The notes beneath the pieces were generated by a model. That model made no database searches. It saw only the letters and a program-made list of their open reading frames with translations, and was not told the origin of the DNA. Shown here piece after piece: positions 40,716 through 50,919 of a stretch of DNA of 64,000 bases (position 1 is the stretch's first letter; each line of letters opens with the position of its first letter). The translations under genes and the position numbers were made by a program. The stretch spans positions 4,512,001 to 4,576,000 of the forward strand of contig OZ244048.1 of the NCBI GenBank assembly GCA_965215265.1, written 5' to 3'. Source of the stretch: Candidatus Poribacteria bacterium (lineage in GTDB: Bacteria > Poribacteria > WGA-4E > WGA-3G).

Positions 40716-41348
40716 ACGTAACACCTCCAGTGCACGCAGTGGACGAATCCACAACGCATAGTTAAAATACACACGCTGTTCTTCTGAAACAACCTGCTCA
40801 ACAAACGAATCAAAGCCTGAAAACGACACCGTAAAAGGCAGAAGTAAATAGTTCTCACGCGCAATCTCTAGCTCATTGCACACTAATAGATGCACAGCAA
40901 ACCTCTCTGTCCACTGGTAGTGTCCAGGCTTCACCAACTCCCATTCCCCACTGGTACCCGAGAGAAACCCCCGAGGCGAACTCGCCGTCACTATCGTCAA
41001 AGTGAGCTCATCCTTTGGAACCCGCTTATCCGACAGATAAATACTGGCCCGCGCATGGATACGGGAATAGTCCCACTCATCTAACCGATCCGCTTGACTC
41101 TTGAACTCAATCAGGTTATGCGAACGGAAATACTGGCATATCGGCTCTACCGCCAGCAAGTTCGCACGCTCTGCTGCATCTTTCAACAGCACGACCACGT
41201 CTATCGTGAGCGGCAGATGGCTGACTTCCACCTCTGATTGGACAGTCAGCCCGATTTTCTCGCCGAGATGCTCGTGCATTGTCTGTTTGAAGCGTGCGTC
41301 ATAGGTAGCACGGGCATCGCGCTGTTTTTCCGCATCGGCTATCCGCAT
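40128..41348 (-). CDS. Rpn-like PD-(D/E)xK nuclease with a tandemly repeated C-terminal region
   Basis: E...IDVV...NLIEFKS nuclease motif; 50-aa repeats; internal SD-ATG. Confidence 0.7.
   Translation of the reverse strand: MRIADAEKQRDARATYDARFKQTMHEHLGEKIGLTVQSEVEVSHLPLTIDVVVLLKDAAERANLLAVEPICQYFRSHNLIEFKSQADRLDEWDYSRIHARASIYLSDKRVPKDELTLTIVTASSPRGFLSGTSGEWELVKPGHYQWTERFAVHLLVCNELEIARENYLLLPFTVSFSGFDSFVEQVVSEEQRVYFNYALWIRPLRALEVLRMMGHQGFYDAELRELIEKFGSDILERIPPSELVKRLSVDERAKGLSADEHIKVLQSLSQAELRELIEKFGSDILERIPPSELVKRLSVDERVKGLSADEHIKVLQSLSQAELRELIEKFGSDILERIPPSELVKRLSVDERVKGLSADELVKRLSADERVKALQELSQSELRALPSEVRSELMRRLLEADNESDT
40240..40688 (-). repeat. Coding tandem repeat with a 150-bp period and 24-bp subunits
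   Basis: aactccgaaggcggaattctctcc at 40321, 40471 and 40621; LS(A/V)DExxK units. Confidence 0.95.
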
Positions 41349-41365
41349 AAACCCTCCATATTCTT

Positions 41366-41395
41366 AGTATACCATTAACTGTGTAAAGTTGTCAA
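41366..41395 (-). promoter_or_regulatory. Sigma70-type promoter of the Rpn-like gene
   Basis: TTGACA-18 nt-TATACT, followed by a GGAGG SD. Confidence 0.6.
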
Positions 41396-41471
41396 GCACA
41401 AATTCACGCGGCCCATCTCAGGCAACGTGTGTAACCGCCTATAACCGCGCGCTAGAGGCCCAACACCCATC

Positions 41472-41520
41472 AAAAAACCCAGGGGCAGCCGCTTGTGAGG
41501 TAGCTGCCCCTAGTTTTTGT
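41472..41520. terminator. Hairpin with A/T tails (bidirectional terminator-like)
   Basis: aggggcagc...gctgcccct flanked by A6 and T5. Confidence 0.6.
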
Positions 41521-41581
41521 GATGTGTGGGGTTGTTACTACGGGCTCATCAATTCCTATATGCTGAAAAAAAACGCCGCAT

Positions 41582-42334
41582 CTAACGAATTGCGGTACCC
41601 AATATGAGATCGTAGCCAATGGCATCCATCAAGGAAATGAGCACATTCCCATCAATCCTATCGACGAGATGATCGAGTCTACCGCGATCGAAAAGCGTGC
41701 CGGCAACTGGTTCTTTTTCCGTAATTAAGATGATAAGTTGCATCGCTGCACCTGAAATCAAGGGAACTGTGAGATTATCATCAACGCGAAGCGGAAGAAG
41801 TTCAACGATAGTTGCAACGGATGCTCCAACCAGTGCAACAACGAGACTTGAGAATTCAGGCTGCAACTGCACACCGCTGTCGAAAAGGAACGAGAAAAAA
41901 AAGATCGCCGTCGCAGTGCAAACGATAAAACAGGCAGCACTCCCTTCTAAACTCTTCTGACCGGTGAGTTTCATCCTGCCCCACATTTTACCTACCAACG
42001 CCGCCGAAGTATCCCCCAAAACCATGAAGAAAATGCAGACAATTGCAGGCTGCTTATAAAAAAAGAAAATGCACAACAGCGTGCTGATGAGATAGTAAGT
42101 TGCACCGGTAATAGCACCTTGGCGTTCATGTGTCCGAAGGAGCGGCATCAGTGCAGTAAAAAAAAACGCCCTGAAATGCGGCGATAGCCATTTCGCGAGT
42201 TCAACGGCTATCGCCACACCTGTCAAAATACACACAAAAAACAGTATCGTCGGTTTATCCATAAAGAGATAAACAACCGGGACGATTAAACCTGCCAGAT
42301 GAATGCTTTTCCGACGTAACTCTTCCTTCATCAA
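41582..42334 (-). CDS. Dolichol/phytol kinase-like (CTP transferase-like) membrane protein
   Basis: RKSIHL, GDTSAALVG, KSLEGS and DDNLTVP motifs. Confidence 0.85.
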   Translation of the reverse strand: MMKEELRRKSIHLAGLIVPVVYLFMDKPTILFFVCILTGVAIAVELAKWLSPHFRAFFFTALMPLLRTHERQGAITGATYYLISTLLCIFFFYKQPAIVCIFFMVLGDTSAALVGKMWGRMKLTGQKSLEGSAACFIVCTATAIFFFSFLFDSGVQLQPEFSSLVVALVGASVATIVELLPLRVDDNLTVPLISGAAMQLIILITEKEPVAGTLFDRGRLDHLVDRIDGNVLISLMDAIGYDLILGTAIR

Positions 42335-42752
42335 TGCTACCTCCGTCCAGAATTCAAGGTTGAACCCTCCTCTTCAGGATACCCACTACTGTACAGTTGA
42401 TGCCTCTGTTGCAAACTGAATCCATCGCTTCCTTAATTGTGCCAGATGTCCCGATTAAAGACAAGCCAAAATGAGCGGTAGCCACGCTTTGCAATCCGAT
42501 TTCGTAACGGACACACTGCGCAATTTTAATCTGACCTTCCAAAATTCTTGTTTTTGTCAAAAAAACAACACATTTTTGTTACATTTGACCAGTATAATTT
42601 TTTTACCATTGGAATAGAGTTGAGAACAAACGGATTCGCCTCAATCAAAATTATCTAACAGTAGGAGTTTGCAGTGCCGCAGGAGACAATACATTCATCA
42701 AAAATCCAAAGAATATTGAAACCTGCCTAAGCGTAAAAAGAAGAGAGGAAAA

Positions 42753-45599
42753 ATGGAACGGTTTTGCATCATGCTGTTGCTGCTCATACTTGGTACAGGG
42801 CCTGCTTTCGGCGAAAATGAAGCACAACAGCGAGTAAAAATTACCGGCGTGGTTATAGATAGCAACACCGAGGTACCCCTATCTAATGCCACTATCCGGG
42901 TAGTGGACACGTCTTCGCGTGATAGACAATCCCAAGTCAGTAGTGATGACACAGGGAATTTTTCTCTGGAACTACCGAGCGGTACCTATACAATCCAAGT
43001 CACTGCTTCGTTTTACAATGCCTATGTCATTTCAGATTTTCAGGTTGATGTAGAGAAAGCGGTTGAACCCATTCGTGTCTTGATGACTGCTCAGGTTGTA
43101 AAACTCGACGCGATTAAACTCCCAGTGCGGTTGAGCCAATCCAGCGAACGTGGGCTCCTTGAAAAACGGATGCGCAGCTCCCGAATTGAAGATAGCATCA
43201 GCACCGAAGAGATTAGCCGCCTCCCAGCCTCTTCTGCAGGGGATGCTATTAAGAGGGTGACAGGCGTTAGCATCGTTGGCGGACGGTACGTGTTTGTCCG
43301 AGGGCTCGGTGAACGTTACAGTAATACTCTCCTCAATAATGTTGAGATTCCGAGTCCGGAGCCCAATCGACGGGTTGTCCCGATGGATATATTTCCGGCG
43401 AGTCTCCTGGCGAGTTTGCAAACAGTCAAAACGTTTTCACCGGATCAACCGGGGGGGTTCGCTGGCGGCTCTGTACAGGTGTTTACGAAAGACTTTCCTG
43501 AAGAATTAACAATGTCACTTTCCATATCGAGCGGTTTCAACACACAGACAACCGGTGAAGAAGGGCTCACCTATGAAGGCGGTACGCTGGATTTCTTAGG
43601 TTTTGATGATACATCGCGTGAACTTCCAACGATTGTGAGAGAACAGGCGGCGGAACTGCCTATCCGCGAACGGGGACGTTTTACACCGGCCGGTTTCACA
43701 CCGGAAGAGATCCAAAAATTCGGGCAAGCTTTCTCCAACGTCTGGTCACCAAGACGGCAGGAGATTCCTATCAATCAAAGCTATAAATTCAACCTCGGCA
43801 ACAGTCACCCACTTTTCGGAAAAGACTTCGGCTACCTTGCCGTGCTCTCTTATGGCAACAGCCATAGTTCCAGTACCCAAGTGCGCAATGCCTTCCGCAT
43901 CGGATTAAACGAAATCCTTTCGCCGGTAACCTCCTACGACGTTGAACGCAACGCAAATGAAGTAGACTGGGGGAGTGTTCTAAACGCAAGCCTCCGGTTC
44001 TCACCACAGCATCAACTGAGTCTACGTTCTCTCTTCACGCATACGGCTGAAGATGAGACCCGGATATGGGAAGGCTTTAATGCCGATAGAAACACAGATA
44101 TGCGGAGCTCTCGACTCCGATATGTTGAACGCCAGCTCTTCTCTGGACAATTAGCCGGCATGCACGACTTTAATTTCGGTGCCCCAGAACTGGAACGTTC
44201 CAGCGCGGATAGTGGGACAGAAGCGATAACAACCCAGCCCGAGCTCGCAATGGAATGGCGACTCACTTATTCACGTGCATCACGGGACGAACCAGATACA
44301 CGCGAGACTATCTATGAAGATAGGGCTGGCACTTTCACTTTTCGAGATGTTACACACAGTGGCAGCCGCTTCTTTTTTGACCTGGAAGATAATGAGTATA
44401 ACGTGCGCGTGGATTGGAGGATTCCGGTTCGCAAGGCCGGATTCTTCAAATTCGGCGGACTCTTGCGAGATCGAGCGCGCACCTTTGATGCCCGCAGATT
44501 TAGATTTTTGCCTGCAGACAAAGTGGATGCCACCGTTAATTTATCAGACCCGCCCGAAACACTTTTCAAACAGGAACATATTGCACCACGCGTATTTGAA
44601 CTACGCGAATCCACTCGGGCAACCGATAACTACCTAGCAGACCACAATATCTACTCCGGCTACCTTATGCTGGATATCCCTGTCACGCAAAAATGGCAAT
44701 TCATGTCGGGGGTCCGGCTTGAATCTTCAACGCAAAAGGTAACTACCTATGATCCGTTTTCAGCATCCGTGCGGCCAATTGTGGCAGATTTAGAAACCGT
44801 AGATTTGCTGCCCGGTGCTAACTTGACGTACCGGCTAGCGGAACGGATGAACCTACGAGTCGCTGCATCACGAACGATTACACGCCCAGATTTTAGAGAA
44901 CTTGCTCCATTTGAGTTCACAGATTTCGTTGGCGGACGAACCATCCTTGGAAACCCGGAACTTGAGCGGACACAGATTGACAATTATGACTTCCGCTGGG
45001 AAGTGTTTCCACAAATTGGTGGGGTCGTCGCCGCCAGTCTCTTTTATAAACGATTTCAGAAACCGATTGAGCAAATCGTTCAGCCGCAAGCAGAAGTCCG
45101 CATTACCTATGAAAACGCCGACGCTGCGAATAACTACGGCCTTGAACTAGAAGCACGCCAGAACCTCGGAATACTCACAGATAAACTCAACGAATTCTCG
45201 ATTAACACCAATGTGGCGCTAATCTCTTCGCGGGTGGTACTACCTGATGTTGGGATCCAGACATCGTCTGAACGGCCCCTACAAGGGCAGTGCCCGTATA
45301 TAGTCAATCTCTCTATCGGTTACGAAAACCCCAACTGGGGCATCTCGAGCGCAGTCGCTTATAACATTTTTGGCAAAAGGCTCTCTGAAGTTGGAAACCA
45401 TGGTGTACCTGATGTTTATGAACAGCCCCGCGGCCAGTTGGATGCCAATTTTAGCCGCACCGTTGCAAATTACTTCCGAATCAATTTTTCGGCGAAAAAT
45501 TTACTCGACCCTTATGTGCATTTCAAACAAGGCGAAGAGGTATACGTTCAGTACAAACTCGGACGTGCCTTTTCATGCGGACTCAGCTATAACCTCTAA
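42753..45599 (+). CDS. TonB-dependent receptor
   Basis: Carboxypeptidase-reg N-domain, plug VRGLGERY...VPMDIFP, RPDFRE, GNPEL, terminal SYNL. Confidence 0.93.
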   Translation: MERFCIMLLLLILGTGPAFGENEAQQRVKITGVVIDSNTEVPLSNATIRVVDTSSRDRQSQVSSDDTGNFSLELPSGTYTIQVTASFYNAYVISDFQVDVEKAVEPIRVLMTAQVVKLDAIKLPVRLSQSSERGLLEKRMRSSRIEDSISTEEISRLPASSAGDAIKRVTGVSIVGGRYVFVRGLGERYSNTLLNNVEIPSPEPNRRVVPMDIFPASLLASLQTVKTFSPDQPGGFAGGSVQVFTKDFPEELTMSLSISSGFNTQTTGEEGLTYEGGTLDFLGFDDTSRELPTIVREQAAELPIRERGRFTPAGFTPEEIQKFGQAFSNVWSPRRQEIPINQSYKFNLGNSHPLFGKDFGYLAVLSYGNSHSSSTQVRNAFRIGLNEILSPVTSYDVERNANEVDWGSVLNASLRFSPQHQLSLRSLFTHTAEDETRIWEGFNADRNTDMRSSRLRYVERQLFSGQLAGMHDFNFGAPELERSSADSGTEAITTQPELAMEWRLTYSRASRDEPDTRETIYEDRAGTFTFRDVTHSGSRFFFDLEDNEYNVRVDWRIPVRKAGFFKFGGLLRDRARTFDARRFRFLPADKVDATVNLSDPPETLFKQEHIAPRVFELRESTRATDNYLADHNIYSGYLMLDIPVTQKWQFMSGVRLESSTQKVTTYDPFSASVRPIVADLETVDLLPGANLTYRLAERMNLRVAASRTITRPDFRELAPFEFTDFVGGRTILGNPELERTQIDNYDFRWEVFPQIGGVVAASLFYKRFQKPIEQIVQPQAEVRITYENADAANNYGLELEARQNLGILTDKLNEFSINTNVALISSRVVLPDVGIQTSSERPLQGQCPYIVNLSIGYENPNWGISSAVAYNIFGKRLSEVGNHGVPDVYEQPRGQLDANFSRTVANYFRINFSAKNLLDPYVHFKQGEEVYVQYKLGRAFSCGLSYNL

Positions 45600-45677
45600 A
45601 TGAGAGGCATCAGCATCGCGGAACGTCAAAAAGAATTAATAGTATTGCAACTATTCTGTAACAATTTAAGGCTATCA

Positions 45678-45841
45678 TTTTTCGTATATTTCAGCCCCAT
45701 CAAGGGTTATGTATTGTTAAATCCGATGTACATCTCGTCAGAGCCTTTCGATGTTATGAATCTAAACATAAACGGCTCTAGTGAGATTTGTGCTAAGGTG
45801 TTCATTATATCAATCATTGTTGTGCTCTTGTAGACAAAAAA
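45678..45841. repeat. Complete isolated family 1 element
   Basis: Left arm is near-identical to 2550-2615 and 35038-35098. Confidence 0.85.
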
Positions 45842-45954
45842 TTGAATTGGCAACCCTTTTGCCGATGAGCGGGAAAAGGGTGCCTTATACCCAAAAAAGC
45901 GGGGTTTTTGTGCTCCGCTTGTTCTAAAATAAAAAAAGGAGCTTAGTTAAGCTA

Positions 45955-47331
45955 ATGTCAAATATTACGTCGACCCCACAGTCCAAATCTATAGAGACCA
46001 GGGTTCTGTTTAAAAATTGGTTATTTCAATTCATGCTTGTTTTCACGGTCGGGCTCACCTTAGCTTTTGTCGGTTGTGGTGCAGATGAAGATGGTGAAGA
46101 AGAAGGAGAAGCAACTTCCGAAGTGACGGAGGAAATTATTAATGTTGATGGACGGGAGGTAGTTGTCCTTGAAGGAAGGCTCACTGAAGATAGAACTCTC
46201 ACCGCGGCATACGATTATCTGTTACGTGGCGCTGTGTTTGTTGAATCCGGTGCCACGTTAACGATTGAAGCGGGTGTCCAAATTTTTGGTGAAGGCGCAA
46301 GCCAGGGGACCTTGATTGTCGCACAAGGCGGTAAGATTATGGCGCAAGGCACTGCCTCGGCTCCTATCGTCATGTCTAGTGATGCGGCTATCGGCAGCAG
46401 AGCCCGCGGACAGTGGGGGGGCTTGATCATCAACGGAAACGCCCCCACGAACCAGGGTGTTACGTTCGGTGAAGGGGATACAGGGGCCTTTGGCGGAAAC
46501 AACCCAGCCGATAGCAGCGGTGTCATACGGTATGTCCGTGTTGAATACGCCGGTATCGAATTTAGCCCTGACAATGAACTGAACGGCATCGCCTTCCAGG
46601 GTGTCGGGTCAGGTACCGTCGTTGAACATGTGCAAGTACACATGAACCAAGATGATGGTATAGAGTTCTTCGGTGGCACCGTCAACCTCAAATACGCCTT
46701 GGTGACCGGTGCACGTGATGATTCATTTGATTGGACTGATGGCTGGACCGGGAAGGGCCAATTCTGGGTTGCGCAGCAGTACGGTGACGATGCGGATAAC
46801 GGTTTCGAAGTTGATAACAACAGTAAAGATAATGAAGCAACCCCACGTTCTAATGCTACTATCTATAACGTTACGCTCGTCGGCGACCCGAGTGGCCCCG
46901 AAAGCGACAACGGTATGCTAATTCGCGAAGGTGCCGCTGGCACATATGGGAATTTCATTGTCACCGGTTTTAACAAAGTCGGGCTTGACATCAACAATGA
47001 ATCAACCCACGCACAAGCCAATAACGGGGCTTTGACGGTAAAAAACAGCATCTTCTTTGAAAACGGTAAAGGAAATTTCGGTGATGAAAAAGATGACGAC
47101 GGCTTTGATGAAGCGGCATGGGCAGCCACAAACGATAATCATGAGACAGACCCGCAATTGGCAGCCCCTTTCAATAAAACCACGCCCAACTTTACGCCGG
47201 GTGCTGGTGCCACTTCAATACCAGCCGCTACACCCCCCGCTGACGGTTTCTTTGATGCTGTTAACTTCATTGGGGGCGTGAGCCCTTCCGACAATTGGAC
47301 AAGCGGATGGACAACGAGTGCGCAAAACTAA
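45955..47331 (+). CDS. Surface lipoprotein (beta-helix-like) partnering the TBDR
   Basis: Lipobox FVGC; GQWGGLII, YVRVEYAG, DDGIEFFGG and DDSFD motifs; ends WTSGWT. Confidence 0.8.
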   Translation: MSNITSTPQSKSIETRVLFKNWLFQFMLVFTVGLTLAFVGCGADEDGEEEGEATSEVTEEIINVDGREVVVLEGRLTEDRTLTAAYDYLLRGAVFVESGATLTIEAGVQIFGEGASQGTLIVAQGGKIMAQGTASAPIVMSSDAAIGSRARGQWGGLIINGNAPTNQGVTFGEGDTGAFGGNNPADSSGVIRYVRVEYAGIEFSPDNELNGIAFQGVGSGTVVEHVQVHMNQDDGIEFFGGTVNLKYALVTGARDDSFDWTDGWTGKGQFWVAQQYGDDADNGFEVDNNSKDNEATPRSNATIYNVTLVGDPSGPESDNGMLIREGAAGTYGNFIVTGFNKVGLDINNESTHAQANNGALTVKNSIFFENGKGNFGDEKDDDGFDEAAWAATNDNHETDPQLAAPFNKTTPNFTPGAGATSIPAATPPADGFFDAVNFIGGVSPSDNWTSGWTTSAQN

Positions 47332-47878
47332 TAGCACTGGCCCCATAAGCGTAGTTTGGTTTTCCGATAAGACCGGGCTCGCACGGCAAACCCCTTGGAC
47401 GTTCATAGCCAGTCTCCTTATTTGCAGTAGTTTGGCAGGATGTGAACAATCCAAGTGGCAGAATAGTCTCGACTCGCCAGGCCGACTCGGTCTGGCAGTC
47501 GTTGACGCTCTGAATCGGAAAGACCTTCAAAAAATGAACCGGCTCCGCGTGCAGCGCACAGAATATCTCACTTGGATATGGCCAGCTTTTCCAGCCAGCC
47601 GTCCGCCAAGCAACTTCCCCGGTGATTTTGCCTGGGCCAATCTCAATAAAAAATGTAGCATCGGGATGAAAAGAGCCATAGAACGTTACGGAGGACAGAA
47701 CTTTACCTTTGTAGGGATTCGCTTTACAAAACCTTCAGAAGACTATGACGGGTTTCAACTTTTGCGTGGAACCGTTTTGACATTAAGAAATCAGACAGGC
47801 AAAACGTTGGAAGCCAAGATTCTCGGTTCTGTAATTGTTAAGGATAATCGTTACAAGTTCCTAAGTTACGACGACTAA
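47318..47878 (+). CDS. Hypothetical lipoprotein
   Basis: LAGC lipobox; overlaps the upstream stop codon. Confidence 0.65.
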   Translation: MRKTNSTGPISVVWFSDKTGLARQTPWTFIASLLICSSLAGCEQSKWQNSLDSPGRLGLAVVDALNRKDLQKMNRLRVQRTEYLTWIWPAFPASRPPSNFPGDFAWANLNKKCSIGMKRAIERYGGQNFTFVGIRFTKPSEDYDGFQLLRGTVLTLRNQTGKTLEAKILGSVIVKDNRYKFLSYDD

Positions 47879-47922
47879 TTCTCTTTTATGTCTCGTGCAC
47901 AGAATGTGGAGGATCGAAATTT

Positions 47923-48933
47923 ATGAGTTATGCAATCTCTAATTACGCACTTGGCAAACAGAAAAGGAAGCATCGGCGGCAAAAAATGAAGGGCAGCGCA
48001 AAACTACAATCCACACCTATTAAAAAAAAGGTGACGATGTCGGCGAAAACCGCTCAGGTCTCAATGACAGTTGTCGATGCGCAGCGACAAAATAGAGAAG
48101 CCGCCAAAAAATGGAAAACTTCTGTTAGAAAATTCGCAATCGGACTCTCTATCGGTTTGCATGCCGTCGCCATTGTGATTGCCGCTGTCTATATCGTTCG
48201 GAAAACAGTTTTACATATGAATGAAGACAAGGTCCAAAGTGTTGTTGTGAACCAGGCCAAACCACAACCGAAACGGCGAACGCCGCCGCGTGCGACCAGA
48301 CGAACCGAGAAACCTAAAACTTTTAAGATTCGCGCACCGAAAGGGAAGCCAGTAACAACGCACGCTAAGATTCCGATGGGTAACGCACGTTTCACATTGC
48401 CCACCGGCGATATTTCTACGCGCCCCACAACGGTACCCAGTACGACTGGGATTGGCAAAAACCTCCTGACTATCGCAAGACAGACTCACATCGTTAATAC
48501 CATGCCCAAGTTTGAAGTCCCGAAATTTCAAACGGCCAGTTTTGTAGAAAGAATGGATGTCGGAACGAGTCTTGCGCAATCGGAATTCAACGACCCAGGC
48601 AATATTGAACTCGCTTCTATCAATTTAGGCGATGCCAAACAGTCATTTAACGAATTCTTGAAATTAGTCCGGGAACGTATTAAGCGCGCACAACGGTTCC
48701 CTCCCAGCGTACGGAATTTAGAAGAAGGGAGCACCACAACGGTCCGCTTCACGCTTTTTAAGGACGGCACTGTAGGCAATCCGAAGGTTGCCAATTCTTC
48801 CGGATCACGTGCACTGGACAGTGCTGCAATCGCTGCGGTTCAAAATGCAGTGCCGTATCCGCCGTTCCCCGATGGGCAGTATGGGAGCAGCTTGCGGCTT
48901 GAACTCCCCATTGTTTTTGAGTTAGTGAATTAA
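47923..48933 (+). CDS. TonB-family energy transducer
   Basis: TM SIGLH, Pro/Lys-rich linker, TonB_C (SSGSRALDSAA). Confidence 0.85.
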   Translation: MSYAISNYALGKQKRKHRRQKMKGSAKLQSTPIKKKVTMSAKTAQVSMTVVDAQRQNREAAKKWKTSVRKFAIGLSIGLHAVAIVIAAVYIVRKTVLHMNEDKVQSVVVNQAKPQPKRRTPPRATRRTEKPKTFKIRAPKGKPVTTHAKIPMGNARFTLPTGDISTRPTTVPSTTGIGKNLLTIARQTHIVNTMPKFEVPKFQTASFVERMDVGTSLAQSEFNDPGNIELASINLGDAKQSFNEFLKLVRERIKRAQRFPPSVRNLEEGSTTTVRFTLFKDGTVGNPKVANSSGSRALDSAAIAAVQNAVPYPPFPDGQYGSSLRLELPIVFELVN

Positions 48934-49023
48934 CGATCGAACGTCGGGACGGCTGCTGCTGTCCTCGACACTCCAAAGCAAGATTTTGTCTATCCGCAAA
49001 TACGACTTGCTATGATGCGTCTC

Positions 49024-50349
49024 CTACTGATTTTCCCACTCAAACCGCTGTTTATCTATCTTCGCTTTCTCTTCATCTACAAAACGCAACAACACCAACC
49101 CGACAATAAAGAAAACGATAAGCGAGATGATAGCTTGGCGTGCGTCGCCTGTGATGTGACGAATAAAGCCAAACACAAACGGTCCCCAAATCGCCGAGAA
49201 CTTATTAAAAACTGAATAGAAACCATAAAACTCAGCACTCGCCTGTTCTGGAACTATTCGCCCGTAGAAGGAACGGCTCAGCGCTTGTGTTCCGCCAAGC
49301 ACAATGCCAACAACCACGCCTAACAAAAAGTATTGCATTGCACCATCAATGAAATACCCGTAGGTGACAACAGCACTCCAGAGAAGCAAGGCAAAGATAA
49401 TAGCACGTTTTGTGCCGATGCGTTCCGCTAACCGACTGAATAGCAGCGCACCGCCTATTGCAATGATTTGGATAACGAGCAACGTCACTAGGAGTACCGT
49501 TGTTGAAAGCTCTAACGTTTCCTTACCGTAAATTGTCGCCATGCTGGTAACCGTATGGATACCGTCATTATAAATCATATAGGCGATCAGAAAGAGCGTG
49601 AGATGTTTAAAGCGGCCTACCTTTTTCGCAGTCGCCAGGGTGCGGCGAATGCCGAGCGCCAGATAACCTTTTACTTTTAAGGAATCAGGCCCATTTTCAG
49701 GTAACGCGTGAGGTGTTTTCTCTTCCTTAAGGTACTTAGCCGTCAAAAGTGTCCAGCCTGCCCACCAGAGTCCCGCCATTGCCATCCCGATACGTGCTGC
49801 CATGGCTTGACTCATTCCCAACGTTTCATGCATCGCAACGAGTGCCAGAGAAATAGCAAACTGAGTCCCACCGCCGATGTACCCAAATGCATAACCGTTA
49901 GCGGAGACAGCATCCAGTTTATCTTCAGAGGCAATGTGTGGTAAAAAAGCGTCATAGAAGACATTCGCCCCCACAAAACAGACCTGGGAGCCGATAAAGA
50001 GGCACACCGTCAACACGACATCTCCTGTCTTACAAAAATAGAGCAAGGTTGCGAAAAAGCTGCCCATGTAAGCGAAACCGAGCAGAAACCGCTTTTTCGC
50101 CGAAGAGAAATCGGCGATAGCCCCCAGGACAGGCGCGAAGAGGAAGACTAAAAATGCGGACGCTGCCAACATCCATGCCCATAACGTCTCACTACTTACG
50201 TTATGCCCGGCAATGTTAACACCATCTTCGCCTACGATCGCTCCTGCAAAATAGACAGGCAACAAGGCAACCACCGTCGTCGTAATATAGGCCGAATTCG
50301 CCCAATCATATAGACACCAGCCCAAAATTGTTTTCTTATCGTTTTTCAT
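49024..50349 (-). CDS. MFS transporter, UMF1/Atg22-like
   Basis: WCLYDWANS, YDAFL and QALSRS motifs; about 12 TM segments. Confidence 0.9.
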   Translation of the reverse strand: MKNDKKTILGWCLYDWANSAYITTTVVALLPVYFAGAIVGEDGVNIAGHNVSSETLWAWMLAASAFLVFLFAPVLGAIADFSSAKKRFLLGFAYMGSFFATLLYFCKTGDVVLTVCLFIGSQVCFVGANVFYDAFLPHIASEDKLDAVSANGYAFGYIGGGTQFAISLALVAMHETLGMSQAMAARIGMAMAGLWWAGWTLLTAKYLKEEKTPHALPENGPDSLKVKGYLALGIRRTLATAKKVGRFKHLTLFLIAYMIYNDGIHTVTSMATIYGKETLELSTTVLLVTLLVIQIIAIGGALLFSRLAERIGTKRAIIFALLLWSAVVTYGYFIDGAMQYFLLGVVVGIVLGGTQALSRSFYGRIVPEQASAEFYGFYSVFNKFSAIWGPFVFGFIRHITGDARQAIISLIVFFIVGLVLLRFVDEEKAKIDKQRFEWENQ

Positions 50350-50505
50350 GATAATTTCGTCCTATTTTCTCATATTTCGCATCGCAAATCAAGCCGGTTT
50401 TCCTAAAACGCCAAAAACTAATAGACGTTGATATTTTTCCTATTTGAGAGTATACTCGAGTAAAATAATTCCTGCCGCTCAACGGCAGTCTTTTTATGGT
50501 ATCAC

Positions 50506-50919
50506 ATGAATATGAAAGCACACGTTATCAATTTTCAAGAACGGAAACCTATTGACCGGGGAACAGGCGTGAAGACGGTCCCTTTAACTGGAAAATGGCT
50601 TGATTCAACCTCACTAACCAATGGCGTAACGATGTTCGAACCCGGTGCAGCGATTGCTCGCCACTATCACAATTGTGATGAATCTGTTACAATTCTAGAA
50701 GGCGAGGCCGCCTGCGAAGTTGATGGTGACATCTTCTCAATGACGGCTTTTGACACCACTTTTGTGCCTGCCGGTATTCCACACCGGTTTTGGAACGAAA
50801 GCAACGCACCGATGAAAATCCTATGGACTTACGCCTCGGTGAACGTCACGCGAACGTTTACAGATACCGGTGAAACGGTAGAACACTTATCCACGGATGA
50901 TAAAGCCGTAGCAAACTAA
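50506..50919 (+). CDS. Cupin domain protein
   Basis: HYHNCDE...PAGIPH motifs. Confidence 0.88.
   Translation: MNMKAHVINFQERKPIDRGTGVKTVPLTGKWLDSTSLTNGVTMFEPGAAIARHYHNCDESVTILEGEAACEVDGDIFSMTAFDTTFVPAGIPHRFWNESNAPMKILWTYASVNVTRTFTDTGETVEHLSTDDKAVAN

Noticed and set aside
42553-42597. Pho box upstream of the TonB-dependent receptor
   Set aside because: The match to 11-bp-periodic GTCA repeats is too weak to support.
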